Positions 32,116 through 41,040 of a DNA stretch of 64,000 bases are shown piece by piece. The stretch covers positions 1 to 64,000 of the forward strand of contig JAXLQJ010000002.1 of NCBI GenBank assembly GCA_046331705.1, given 5' to 3'. The position numbers and the translations under genes were made by a program. Under the pieces are notes generated by a model. It searched no databases, was not told the origin of the DNA, and saw only the letters and a list, made by a program, of their open reading frames with translations. How positions within the stretch are numbered: the stretch's first letter is position 1; every line of letters starts with the position of its first letter. This DNA comes from a bacterium. GTDB lineage: Bacteria; JADJOY01.

Positions 32116-32517
32116 CTATCCGAAGATCCACAGCACTTGCGCCGCGACCAGCACCATCGCGACCGACGACGCGAGCACCACCAGACCGAGCCCCCGCTCG
32201 ACCGCGCGCCTCACGCGCGTCGGCGTCGCTCGCGCGGCGACGGCCAGCGCGACCCCGAGCGCCGCCTGCGCAGCAAAGGTCCCACCGACCAGCAACCAGC
32301 CGAGCCCGCTCAGCTCGCCGCCCATCTGCATCAGCTCGAAGACGTGCACGAGCGCCGCGCCGATCAGCGCGAGCCCGCTCGCGCGGCGCGCTCGTCTCAG
32401 CCGAAGTCCGATCGTCGTTCCCTGCCCGGCTCGCAGCTCGCTCGCCGCCACCACGAGCGCCGCGAGGATCGGCAGGACGAGGTAGGTGACCCAGTACATC
32501 CACTCCGGCACCTTCAC
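32116..32517 (-). CDS. Small 4-TM membrane protein
   Basis: GTG 32517 overlaps upstream stop (GTGA); four hydrophobic segments. Confidence 0.6.
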   Translation of the reverse strand: MKVPEWMYWVTYLVLPILAALVVAASELRAGQGTTIGLRLRRARRASGLALIGAALVHVFELMQMGGELSGLGWLLVGGTFAAQAALGVALAVAARATPTRVRRAVERGLGLVVLASSVAMVLVAAQVLWIFG

Positions 32518-33980
32518 GGCGGCGCTCCGTGCGCGCCCGTGCTCGCGCCCGCACCGGGACTCGCGGCCGCCACTCCCGCGATGCAATAGAGCTTCTGCTG
32601 CCCGCGCAGGTACATGCGATCACCCGCGAAGATCGGGCACGAGCGGAACCGCTCCAGCGAGCTGGCCGCCACGACGCGCGGCGATCGGCCCGGTTCGAGC
32701 ACCACGGTGGTGCCGCTGAACCCGCTCACCATCACGAATCGCCCGGCGCGCACCGGGCTCGAGAACACGCTGTCCGCCGCCCCCGTCCAGCCGAGCCGCA
32801 GGCGCATCGTCGACGTCACCTCGCCCGAGCGTGCGTCCACGACGCTCAAAATCTGGCCGCGCGTGATCGCGTAGATCAGCCCCTCGGCCACCAGCGGCGA
32901 GCTGTAGTAGCGCTCGCCCTTCATGTGGGTGGTCCAGAGCGGCTCGAAGGTCAGGTGCTCGGCCCGCTGCGCGGGAATGCGAAAGGCGCGCGCGGGCTCC
33001 TGGATCATGTAGAGCACGCCGTCGCGCACCACCGGCGAGGCGTACGCGAGGTCGCCGAGGCCACTCGCGAGCACCGCGCCGTCGGCGACGCGCACGCACT
33101 GACCGCTGGGCACGACGACCACCGGCTCGCCGTCGATCGAGAACGCGATCGGCGAGCCCGGGCGCGCGGGCACGTTCACGCGCCACGCGATCTCGCCGGT
33201 CGCCGCATCGAGCGCGATCAGATCGTTGAGCAGCACCAGCAGCTTGCCGCCCACCAGGACCGGCGAGGACGCGGCGCCATCCGGCGCCAGCACGTGGTCG
33301 ACGAAGCGAATCCAGCGGCGATTCCCGTCGAGATCGTACGACGCGGCGACTCCCGTGCCGAACACCACGAACAACGCGACGCCGTCGCTCGTGGGAGTGG
33401 GCGTGCTGTAGCCCGTCTCCTCGGTGACGCCCTCGGGCTTGGCGAGTACCAGCGACGCCAGGCGGTGGCGCTCGGCGTTCACCTTCGCGAGCAACGCGCG
33501 CGCTTGCTGGTCGAGCGCGGCGTCGCCCGCCGCGTTTCCGAGCTGCTGGCGCAGCCGCGTCAGCGCGTACTCGAGATCGCGCAGCGAGGCCTGCCGCCGC
33601 GTTTCCTCCCCGACGATCTCGAGCGCCGACGGCGCCGGGCTCGGCGCCTCGACCGCGTCCTCGACCCGGCTCGCGCGCTGCCACAGGACTCGTCCGCTCG
33701 CCGCGTCGATGGCCAGCACGGTGTCCCGCTCCGCCGTCACGAAGAGCCGATCCCCGACCAGGATCGGCGACGCGTTGCTCGGGCCCGGCATCGACGTGAC
33801 CCACGCCACGTTGCGAGTCGGCGACCACTCGATCGGCGGCTGGGCCGCGGGGAAATCCCCCGTGCCGTCCATGCGCCAGCCGACCACCGTTCCCGCGAGC
33901 GCGGCGCTCGCCACCACGCTCGTCGCACCCGCGCTCAGCGCCGCCGCGATCCAACGCCGTGGCGAGACCGAGTTGCTCAG
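32514..33980 (-). CDS. PQQ-binding-like beta-propeller protein with coiled-coil insertion (start uncertain, possibly CTG 33980)
   Basis: PPIEWS..NVAW, ASPILVGDRLFV, AIDAASGRVLW, STPTPTSDG, SSPVLVGG, YSSPLV; GAGGTG 4 nt before an in-frame CTG. Confidence 0.8.
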   Translation of the reverse strand: MSNSVSPRRWIAAALSAGATSVVASAALAGTVVGWRMDGTGDFPAAQPPIEWSPTRNVAWVTSMPGPSNASPILVGDRLFVTAERDTVLAIDAASGRVLWQRASRVEDAVEAPSPAPSALEIVGEETRRQASLRDLEYALTRLRQQLGNAAGDAALDQQARALLAKVNAERHRLASLVLAKPEGVTEETGYSTPTPTSDGVALFVVFGTGVAASYDLDGNRRWIRFVDHVLAPDGAASSPVLVGGKLLVLLNDLIALDAATGEIAWRVNVPARPGSPIAFSIDGEPVVVVPSGQCVRVADGAVLASGLGDLAYASPVVRDGVLYMIQEPARAFRIPAQRAEHLTFEPLWTTHMKGERYYSSPLVAEGLIYAITRGQILSVVDARSGEVTSTMRLRLGWTGAADSVFSSPVRAGRFVMVSGFSGTTVVLEPGRSPRVVAASSLERFRSCPIFAGDRMYLRGQQKLYCIAGVAAASPGAGASTGAHGAPP

Positions 33981-34221
33981 ACGGCACCTCGGGCGAGGGC
34001 CACACCGAACCCCGGAAGCGGCGCGAGGTCCACGCGAGCCGCCCATCCGCACCTCGACGAACACCATTCGAGCGTCGGCACGAGCACGATCCTCGCCACG
34101 GGCACCCGTTCGGCTCGGAACGGCGGCCGACGAAGGGCGCTCCCTCGATGCCGTCCAGGAAGCACCAGCCATCGCGACCACCGGCAAGGCGGGGGAGGGC
34201 CGTGCGCCGCCGAGCGCACCC

Positions 34222-35862
34222 TCAGGAGATCCCCACGATCTCGCCGTCGTCGGTGAGATCGACGTCGAGCGCGTGAGGACGCTTCGGCAGCCCCGGCATC
34301 GTCACGATCTCGCCGGTGAGCGGCAGCAGATAGCCCGCGCCGGCGGCGATCCGCACCTGCTCGACGTGCAGCTCGAAGCCCGACGGGCGCCCCACCTGGC
34401 GGGGATCGTCGCTGAGCGAGCTCTGGGTCTTGGCCATGCAGATCGGCAAGCCGCCGAAGCCGAGCTCCCGCGCCCGCTCCAGATCGCGCGCCGCCTGCTT
34501 GGTGAAGCTCACGTCGTCGGCGCCGTAGATGGTGCGCGCCACCGCGCGGATCTTGTCGGCGGGGTCGTCCTCGAGCGCGTACAGAAAGTGCTTCGTCGAC
34601 GGTGCCCGCTCGAGCGCCGCGGCAACCTGGCGCGCCAGCGCCTCGCAGCCGGCGCCGCCTTGGTCGAACGGCGCCGCGCGCGCCACCCGCAATCCGCGCT
34701 CGCCGCACGCGGCTTCGATGGTCGCGATCTCGGCCTCCGCGTCCGCGGCGAAGCGGTTGATCGCGATCACCGGCTCGAAGCCGAACACCCGGACACTCGC
34801 CACGTGTCGGTCGAGATTGGCGAGGCCGTGCTTGAGCGCAGCGAGCGCCGCGGCGCCGGTCGCCTTCCCATCGGTGTCGCCCCCGTGGAATCGAAGCGCA
34901 CGCGCGGTGACCACCAGCACCACGGCGCTCGGCCACAGGTCCGCCGCGCGGCACTTGATGTCGAAGAACTTCTCGGCGCCGAGGTCGAAGCCGAAGCCAG
35001 CCTCGGTCACCACCAGATCGGCCGACGCCGCCGCGGCACGGGTCGCGATGACGCTGTTGCAGCCGTGCGCGACGTTGCCGAACGGTCCGCCGTGGACGAA
35101 CGCGGGAACTCCTTCGGCCGACTGGACGAGGTTGGGCAGGATCGCGTCGGCGAGCAACGCCGCCATCGCACCCGTGGCGCCGAGCCGCGCGGCGCTCACC
35201 GGCGCGCCCGCGCGATCGAAGCCCACGAGGATGCGCCCCAAGCGCGCCTTCAGGTCCGCGACGTCGCGGGCCAGGCAGAGAATCGCCATCACCTCGGACG
35301 CGGCGGTGATGTCGAAGCCGTCCTCGCGGGGGACGCCGTGCGCGCGGCCGCCGAGGCCGATCACGATCTTGCGCAGGAAGCGATCGTTCATGTCGAGGAC
35401 GCGCCGCCACAGCACCTGCCGATGCTCGAGCTCGATCTCGCCGCGGAAGTTGACGGCGTTGTCGACCAGCGCCGCCAGCAGATTGTGCGCGGCGGTGATC
35501 GCGTGCAGGTCGCCGGTGAAGTGCAGATTGATGCGCTGCGACGGCTCCACCGTGGAGCGCCCGCCGCCCGTGCCGCCGCCCTTGATGCCGAAGACCGGTC
35601 CCAGCGAGGGCTCGCGCAGCGCCAGCGCCACCTGCCGGTCGAGCCGGCGCAATCCCTGCGCGAGGCCGATCGCGACCGTGGTCTTTCCCTCGCCGAACTT
35701 GGTGGGGTTGATCGCCGATACCAGCACGATCGCGCCGCGGGATGCGCGCGACTCGAGGCGCTTGAGCGCGGCGAGGCGCACCTTGGCCATCGCGTCGCCG
35801 TGGAGGACGAGATCGTCGGGGCCGAGCCCGATCTCGCGCGCGACCTCCCCGATCGGCCGCAT
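34222..35862 (-). CDS. fhs: Formate--tetrahydrofolate ligase
   Basis: PTKFGEGKTT, LREPSLGPVFGIKGGGTGGG, INLHFTGDLHAIT, HGGPFGNVAHGCNS, TMPGLPK. Confidence 0.97.
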   Translation of the reverse strand: MRPIGEVAREIGLGPDDLVLHGDAMAKVRLAALKRLESRASRGAIVLVSAINPTKFGEGKTTVAIGLAQGLRRLDRQVALALREPSLGPVFGIKGGGTGGGRSTVEPSQRINLHFTGDLHAITAAHNLLAALVDNAVNFRGEIELEHRQVLWRRVLDMNDRFLRKIVIGLGGRAHGVPREDGFDITAASEVMAILCLARDVADLKARLGRILVGFDRAGAPVSAARLGATGAMAALLADAILPNLVQSAEGVPAFVHGGPFGNVAHGCNSVIATRAAAASADLVVTEAGFGFDLGAEKFFDIKCRAADLWPSAVVLVVTARALRFHGGDTDGKATGAAALAALKHGLANLDRHVASVRVFGFEPVIAINRFAADAEAEIATIEAACGERGLRVARAAPFDQGGAGCEALARQVAAALERAPSTKHFLYALEDDPADKIRAVARTIYGADDVSFTKQAARDLERARELGFGGLPICMAKTQSSLSDDPRQVGRPSGFELHVEQVRIAAGAGYLLPLTGEIVTMPGLPKRPHALDVDLTDDGEIVGIS

Positions 35863-35865
35863 CGC

Positions 35866-36651
35866 TCAACGCTCGCGGAATTGGCGAAAGTCGGGCTTGC
35901 GCTTCTCCAGGAACGCGGCGATCGCCTCCATGTTCTCGGGCGAGCCAGCGAGCGCCGCCATCCCCTCGAGCTCCGCGTGGTGCGCCGCTTGGACGCCGGC
36001 GGCGCGCGATGCGAGCAGCGTGCGCTTGGTTCCTTGCAGCGCCGACACCGGAAACTCGGCGATCGCCCGCGCCTTCGCGAGCGTCGCGGGGAGCAGCTCC
36101 TCGTCGGGATAGGCGCGCGCGGCGATGCCGAGCGACACCGCCTTGGATGCGTCGATCCACTCGGCCGAGAAGAAGAGCTCCGCGGCGCGCTGTGGGCCGA
36201 TCGCCGCCTGCAGCAAGTAGCTGCTCGCCGCCTCGGGAACGAGTCCCAGGCCGACGAACGGCAACCGCAGCCGCACGCTCTCGCCCACGTACACGACGTC
36301 GCAATGGAAGAGAAACGTGGCACCGATTCCAACCCCCACGCCGCGCGCCGCCGCCAAGAGCGGCTTGTCGAAGCGGTAGAGGGCCTGCACGCAACCCGGG
36401 TAGCCACCCACCTTGCCGTCGTCCCCGGAGTCGAGCGAGCCGCCGAACGCGGCCAGATCCTGACCCGCCGAGAAGTCCTTCCCGGCGCCGGTCACCACCA
36501 CGCACGCCACCGCGCGGTCCTCGCGCGCCTCGTCGAGGGCGTCGCGAAACGCGTTCCACTGGGCGTCGTTGAAGGCGTTCTTCTTCTCGGGACGATTGAG
36601 CGTGAGCAGCAGCACGCCATCGCTCAGCTCGCGCAACACGGGCTCGGTCAT
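35866..36651 (-). CDS. Enoyl-CoA hydratase/isomerase family protein
   Basis: TLNRPEKKNAF, FSAGQDL, GLVPEAASS, AFLEKRKPDF; AGGAG RBS before ATG 36651. Confidence 0.92.
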   Translation of the reverse strand: MTEPVLRELSDGVLLLTLNRPEKKNAFNDAQWNAFRDALDEAREDRAVACVVVTGAGKDFSAGQDLAAFGGSLDSGDDGKVGGYPGCVQALYRFDKPLLAAARGVGVGIGATFLFHCDVVYVGESVRLRLPFVGLGLVPEAASSYLLQAAIGPQRAAELFFSAEWIDASKAVSLGIAARAYPDEELLPATLAKARAIAEFPVSALQGTKRTLLASRAAGVQAAHHAELEGMAALAGSPENMEAIAAFLEKRKPDFRQFRER

Positions 36652-36819
36652 GATGCTCCTCGGGAAACGAGACGGGACGAGGCTATCACTCGCTGGTGCG
36701 GCTCCCCGAACCAGGCGCGCCGCGCGCGGCGGCCGAAAGGACGGGATCCCGTCCCGGGCGAGGCGGTGTAGAGTCGAGCCTGCAACGAACGGCAGGCAGC
36801 GATTCACGGAGCGATCGCC

Positions 36820-37212
36820 ATGAACGATTCCTGTCCCCACTGCCGTGCTCGGTTGCGCTGGCGGCTGCTTCGCTGGCACCCGGCGCATGGACTCTGGCAG
36901 GGTTGCGCTTGGAACTCGGTGCTCGCGTGCCCGCGCTGCGGCGGTGCCATACGCGCCAACTCGGAACACGCGGGCTCTACCTGGGGCGCGGTCTACCCGC
37001 CGCTCTACGTCACGATGATCTGCCGGGTGGCGGCAGGCCAATACCCCGCCTATTCCACCTTGTTCACGGCCATCGCTCTCGTCGTCGTCGCAGCCGCGCT
37101 GGGGATCGTGATCCTGCGAAAGCCATCCCAGCCGCGGGGGGGCGGCACCCGCTACGTGGCCGTCCCGGAACGGCGCTCGTCTGCCGACTCGACGGTCGCC
37201 GCACATCCCTGA
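36820..37212 (+). CDS. Small protein: zinc ribbon (CPHC...CPRC) + two TM helices
   Basis: GGAG RBS; two CxxC; hydrophobic C-terminal half. Confidence 0.6.
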   Translation: MNDSCPHCRARLRWRLLRWHPAHGLWQGCAWNSVLACPRCGGAIRANSEHAGSTWGAVYPPLYVTMICRVAAGQYPAYSTLFTAIALVVVAAALGIVILRKPSQPRGGGTRYVAVPERRSSADSTVAAHP

Positions 37213-37354
37213 ATCGCCGGCGCGGCCCGCGCGCTCGGTTGGGGCGGCGAACCAGCCGTGTGAATCCGACCGCCCGAGCCCATCCACCGTGGCATCACCG
37301 GTCCGCGGGAACGGGGCCCCCGGTTGACCGGCCAGCCGAAACCGCGGCGGCCGA

Positions 37355-37876
37355 TCAGTGCGCGACGGGCGGATCGGCGTGGAGATCGGCGCTGTCGCCC
37401 GAATCGGGCGGCACCTTGGCGAGGATCCCACGCACCATTCCTTGGTGCTTCTGCTCTTCCTCTCGAAGCTCGGCGAAGAGCGTCCGGATCTCGGGGTCCG
37501 CGATTTGCGCGAGCGCCGCACCGAAGAACTCGTATGCCTTGATCTCCGCCGCGAGCGCGACCTCGAGCGCCTGGCGCACCGACATGAACGTCCGCACCTG
37601 ATCGTACTCGGGTGCCTCGACGTCCCACAGCATGTCGCGCGTGACCACCGCCGGCGCGCTGCCGAAGCGCTCCTTGCGGCGCACCGCCAGCGACTCGCCG
37701 TGCTTGGTCTCGTTCACGACCATCTGGCGGAAGAACTCGGCGGCCTCGGGCGTGTGGTGAAGCTCGAGCTGCTCGACGAACTCCTCGTAACGCTCGCGGG
37801 CTTCGTCCTCGACGAGAATCGCCAGGTCGTACGCGTCTTGAACCGAGAGCTTCCCGAAATCGACTCGCTTCGCCAT
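37355..37876 (-). CDS. Rubrerythrin/ferritin-like di-iron protein (no rubredoxin domain)
   Basis: AILVEDEARERY, NETKH, AEIKAYEFF, EEQKH; GGGAGGAG RBS. Confidence 0.88.
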   Translation of the reverse strand: MAKRVDFGKLSVQDAYDLAILVEDEARERYEEFVEQLELHHTPEAAEFFRQMVVNETKHGESLAVRRKERFGSAPAVVTRDMLWDVEAPEYDQVRTFMSVRQALEVALAAEIKAYEFFGAALAQIADPEIRTLFAELREEEQKHQGMVRGILAKVPPDSGDSADLHADPPVAH

Positions 37877-37979
37877 GACTCCTCCCGTGGGAGAGTGGAG
37901 TCGGAGCGTAGCACCTCGGGCGCCCCCTGCCCGCCGCCCGCGCTTGCCGCCGACGGCGCGCTGGCGCTTGGCTTCGATC

Positions 37980-38708
37980 ATGCGCAACGACGACCGCCCC
38001 ATCCCCCTCGAGATCGACGCGCCGACCGCTGCTTCGAGCCAGCCCACCGACGAGCGGCCCCCGGTGGCGCGCGGCACCAGCGCGCTGGCGGCCCTCGACG
38101 AGGAGCTTGCGGCGCAGCCGCGCCTAGTGGTGCGCCAGCGCAAGGATTGGGGCGAGGTGGTCACCGGCTGGGAGAAGGCCAATCGCTACGACGTCCACGA
38201 CGCGAGCGGCGCCCTGCTCTTCCACGCGACCGAGGTGAACACCGGCGCCCTCGCCGTGTTGCTCCGGCTGCTGATGCGCGCGCGCCGGCCCTTCCGGATG
38301 GAAGTGATCCGCGCCAACGGCACGCCGGTGGCGACCCTGGTGCGCCCGTGGCGCTGGTGGCTCTCGGATCTCGAGGTCGTCGGCGCCGACGGCCGCGCGC
38401 TGGGCAGGGTCGAGCAGCAGCTCTCGTTCGTGCGCCGCGTCTACCGCGTGGCGGACCATCAAGACCGCACCGTGCTCGTGATCGTCGGCCCGCTCTTTCG
38501 GCCGTGGACCTTCCTGCTCGAGCAGGCGGGGCAGGAGGTGGGCTCCATCCAGAAGAAATGGCGCGGCCTCGGCATCGAGACTTTCACCGATGCCGATACC
38601 TACCTGCTCGAGTGGAGAGCCGCGCGCTTGCGGCCCGGGACGCGAGCGCTGACCCTCTTCGCCACCATCTTGATCGACTTCGTCCACTTCGAGTGGCGCG
38701 GCAGCTGA
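37980..38708 (+). CDS. Phospholipid scramblase/LOR-like (tubby C-terminal fold) protein
   Basis: E..TGWEKANRY, RARRPF, VGSIQKKWRGLG.E.FTDADTY, ATILIDFVHFE. Confidence 0.82.
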   Translation: MRNDDRPIPLEIDAPTAASSQPTDERPPVARGTSALAALDEELAAQPRLVVRQRKDWGEVVTGWEKANRYDVHDASGALLFHATEVNTGALAVLLRLLMRARRPFRMEVIRANGTPVATLVRPWRWWLSDLEVVGADGRALGRVEQQLSFVRRVYRVADHQDRTVLVIVGPLFRPWTFLLEQAGQEVGSIQKKWRGLGIETFTDADTYLLEWRAARLRPGTRALTLFATILIDFVHFEWRGS

Positions 38709-38839
38709 AGCCCGCGACTCGTCTCGGCGCCGGCTCGGGGCGGACGCGCGACGCCGCCGCGAGGGGAGCTAACTAAAGTCATTCCCCCCCCTCCCCATCC
38801 TTGTTAGCTTTTGCGGACGTCTTCTGAGCGGATGTCCTC

Positions 38840-39622
38840 ATGGCTCGCCCAACGAACCCGAGCGGGATGGCCAGCGCGCTCGCATGCGTGCAGAGCGTGG
38901 GGGCACCCGCGCTCGAGCGGTTGCTCGCACACGCCGAGCGGCACCAAGCGAGCGTCGGCAAGGTGATCGGTCGCCAGGGCGACCGCGTCGCCGGCGCGTT
39001 CGTCATCCGGGAGGGCCTGGTCCGACTCTTCCGAGCCCACGAGAGCGGGCGGGAGCTGGTGCTCTGGACGCTGGCGGACGGCGACTGCTTCTGCTTCGCG
39101 CCCCCGTGCTCGCCGATGGCGAGCCCGTTCTCCGCCCAGTGCCTGGCGCCGACGACGTACGTCCGGGTCTCGGGCGATGCCTGGTCCGAGTACGTGTGCG
39201 CCGAGGTCGCGCGCATGAGCAACGTGGTCGACTGCTTCGCCGGTGAGCGCGGCGATCTCGCGCGCTGGGCAGAGGACCTGGCGATGCAGACCGTCTCCGA
39301 ACGGCTGAATCGGCATCTGGCGATGCTGGTGGATCGCCGCAGCACCTGGACAACTCGCGGGCTCAAGCTCGAGCACGGCGTCACCCGCGCGCAGCTCGCG
39401 GCCGCCGTGGGAACCGCGCCCGAGGTCGTCATCCGCGTGCTGGCGGAGCTCGAAGCCAACGGCGTCCTCGAGCGTCGCCCGCGCCATCTGCTGATCCGCG
39501 ACGCCGAGCGGCTGGGACCGCCGCCGCCCCGGCCGCGCCTCTCGCTCCAACCGCTCGCCGGCGCTCCGCGCTCGCGCCTCGCGAGCGAAGCCGGCACGCG
39601 CCGCCACCGCACACGCGATTGA
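38840..39622 (+). CDS. Crp/Fnr family transcriptional regulator
   Basis: cNMP-like domain (QGD..., EGLVRLFR..ESGRELVL); HTH VTRAQLAAAVGTAPEVVIRVLAELE. Confidence 0.88.
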   Translation: MARPTNPSGMASALACVQSVGAPALERLLAHAERHQASVGKVIGRQGDRVAGAFVIREGLVRLFRAHESGRELVLWTLADGDCFCFAPPCSPMASPFSAQCLAPTTYVRVSGDAWSEYVCAEVARMSNVVDCFAGERGDLARWAEDLAMQTVSERLNRHLAMLVDRRSTWTTRGLKLEHGVTRAQLAAAVGTAPEVVIRVLAELEANGVLERRPRHLLIRDAERLGPPPPRPRLSLQPLAGAPRSRLASEAGTRRHRTRD

Positions 39623-39629
39623 CGTCTCC

Positions 39630-41012
39630 ATGAGCCCGCCCCTCGACCTCGTCGATCGCTCGCTCGCCGACCGTTATCGCGTGATCGAGCACATCGGCAG
39701 CGGCACCTTCGGCTCGGTGTTCCGGGCCGAGGACCAGCTCGACCGGGCGCGGGTGGTCGTCAAGGTGCTCAACGGGCCCTATGGCTACTTCCACCTGGAC
39801 ACGTTCCGCCGCGAGATCGACGCCGCCAGACGGCTCGCGCACCCGAGCGCCGTCCGCATCCTCGACTACGGCGTCGCGGAGGGCGACCGCCCCTTTCTGG
39901 TGATGGAGGAGGTCGCCGGAGCGCCGCTCGACGTCTGGGCGAGCTCGCGACGACCCGTATCGATCGCGCAGGCGGTCTCGCTGGTGATCCCGGTCGCCGA
40001 GCTCCTCGAGGAGGCGCATGCGGCGGGCATCGTGCACTGCGACGTCAAGCCCAGCCACATCCTCGCGCACCAGGTGAACGGCGACCCGCTCCAGGTGAAG
40101 CTCATCGATTTCGGCATCGCGCGGCTCTCGCGCTCGATCCTCGGCGATCCGATGGACGACTCGAACCCCGCCAGCCGGCGCATATCCGGCACACCGGCCT
40201 ACATGTCGCCCGAGCGCGTGCTGGGCGCGGATTACGACGGACGAGCCGACGTCTACAGCCTCGCCATCGTGCTCTACGAGCTGCTCACGGGACGCCTGCC
40301 GTTCGAGCTGCCGCCCGACGCAGGCGCCCACGAGGTCTTCGCGGCGCAGGTTCGCGACTACGCGCTGCCGCTACGGGTGTTCCGGGCGGACACCACGCCC
40401 ACGCTCGGCGCGTTCTTGCAGCAAGCGCTCGCCAAGGATCCAGCCGACCGGCCCACGGCGGCCGAGCTGGCTCAATACCTGCGCCTCGAGCGCAACCTCG
40501 CGGCACGCGCCTCGGGCAATGGGCAGAGCGACCGCGAACAGACGGCCGCGACCGCCGAATCGCGCGCCCCCACGGCCGTGCTCGCGCGCCCCGGCCGGCG
40601 GATGGGGGAAGTGGAGGTCCAGAGCGTGCTCGCGAGCCTCGAGCGCAGCCTGCGCGCGGGTGATCTCTTCGGCCGCTTCTACGAGCGGCTCATGGCCTCG
40701 AGCCCGGACATCGTCGCGCGCTTCCAGCGCACCAACATGCGGGAGCAAAAGCGCATCCTTCACCACGCGATGAACCTGATCCTCGCCTTCTTCGAGCGCG
40801 ATCCGGTGGGCACGTGGGCGATCGAGCGCGTCCGGTACACGCACTCCCGCGCGATGCTGGACATCCCGCCGCGGCTCTACGCCTACTGGCGCACGGCGTT
40901 CCTGGACTCGGTTCGAGAGCTCGACTCCGAGATCGACGCGCCCACCGAACGGGCCTGGCGCGCGGTGCTGCAAGGCGCCATCGACTACATCGTGGCCGGC
41001 TACGACGGGTAG
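39630..41012 (+). CDS. Ser/Thr protein kinase fused to a C-terminal globin domain
   Basis: IGSGTFG, VVKVL, HCDVKPSH, DFG, GTPAYMSPE; globin FYERL, ARF, EQK, RYTHSR, IPPRLYAYW, AWRAVL. Confidence 0.88.
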   Translation: MSPPLDLVDRSLADRYRVIEHIGSGTFGSVFRAEDQLDRARVVVKVLNGPYGYFHLDTFRREIDAARRLAHPSAVRILDYGVAEGDRPFLVMEEVAGAPLDVWASSRRPVSIAQAVSLVIPVAELLEEAHAAGIVHCDVKPSHILAHQVNGDPLQVKLIDFGIARLSRSILGDPMDDSNPASRRISGTPAYMSPERVLGADYDGRADVYSLAIVLYELLTGRLPFELPPDAGAHEVFAAQVRDYALPLRVFRADTTPTLGAFLQQALAKDPADRPTAAELAQYLRLERNLAARASGNGQSDREQTAATAESRAPTAVLARPGRRMGEVEVQSVLASLERSLRAGDLFGRFYERLMASSPDIVARFQRTNMREQKRILHHAMNLILAFFERDPVGTWAIERVRYTHSRAMLDIPPRLYAYWRTAFLDSVRELDSEIDAPTERAWRAVLQGAIDYIVAGYDG

Positions 41013-41040
41013 CCGCAGCCACCCCTCCGCCAGCTTCGGC

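Noticed and set aside
34222..35862. fhs as evidence for a Wood-Ljungdahl pathway
   Set aside because: fhs is widespread and no CODH/ACS genes are present in the window
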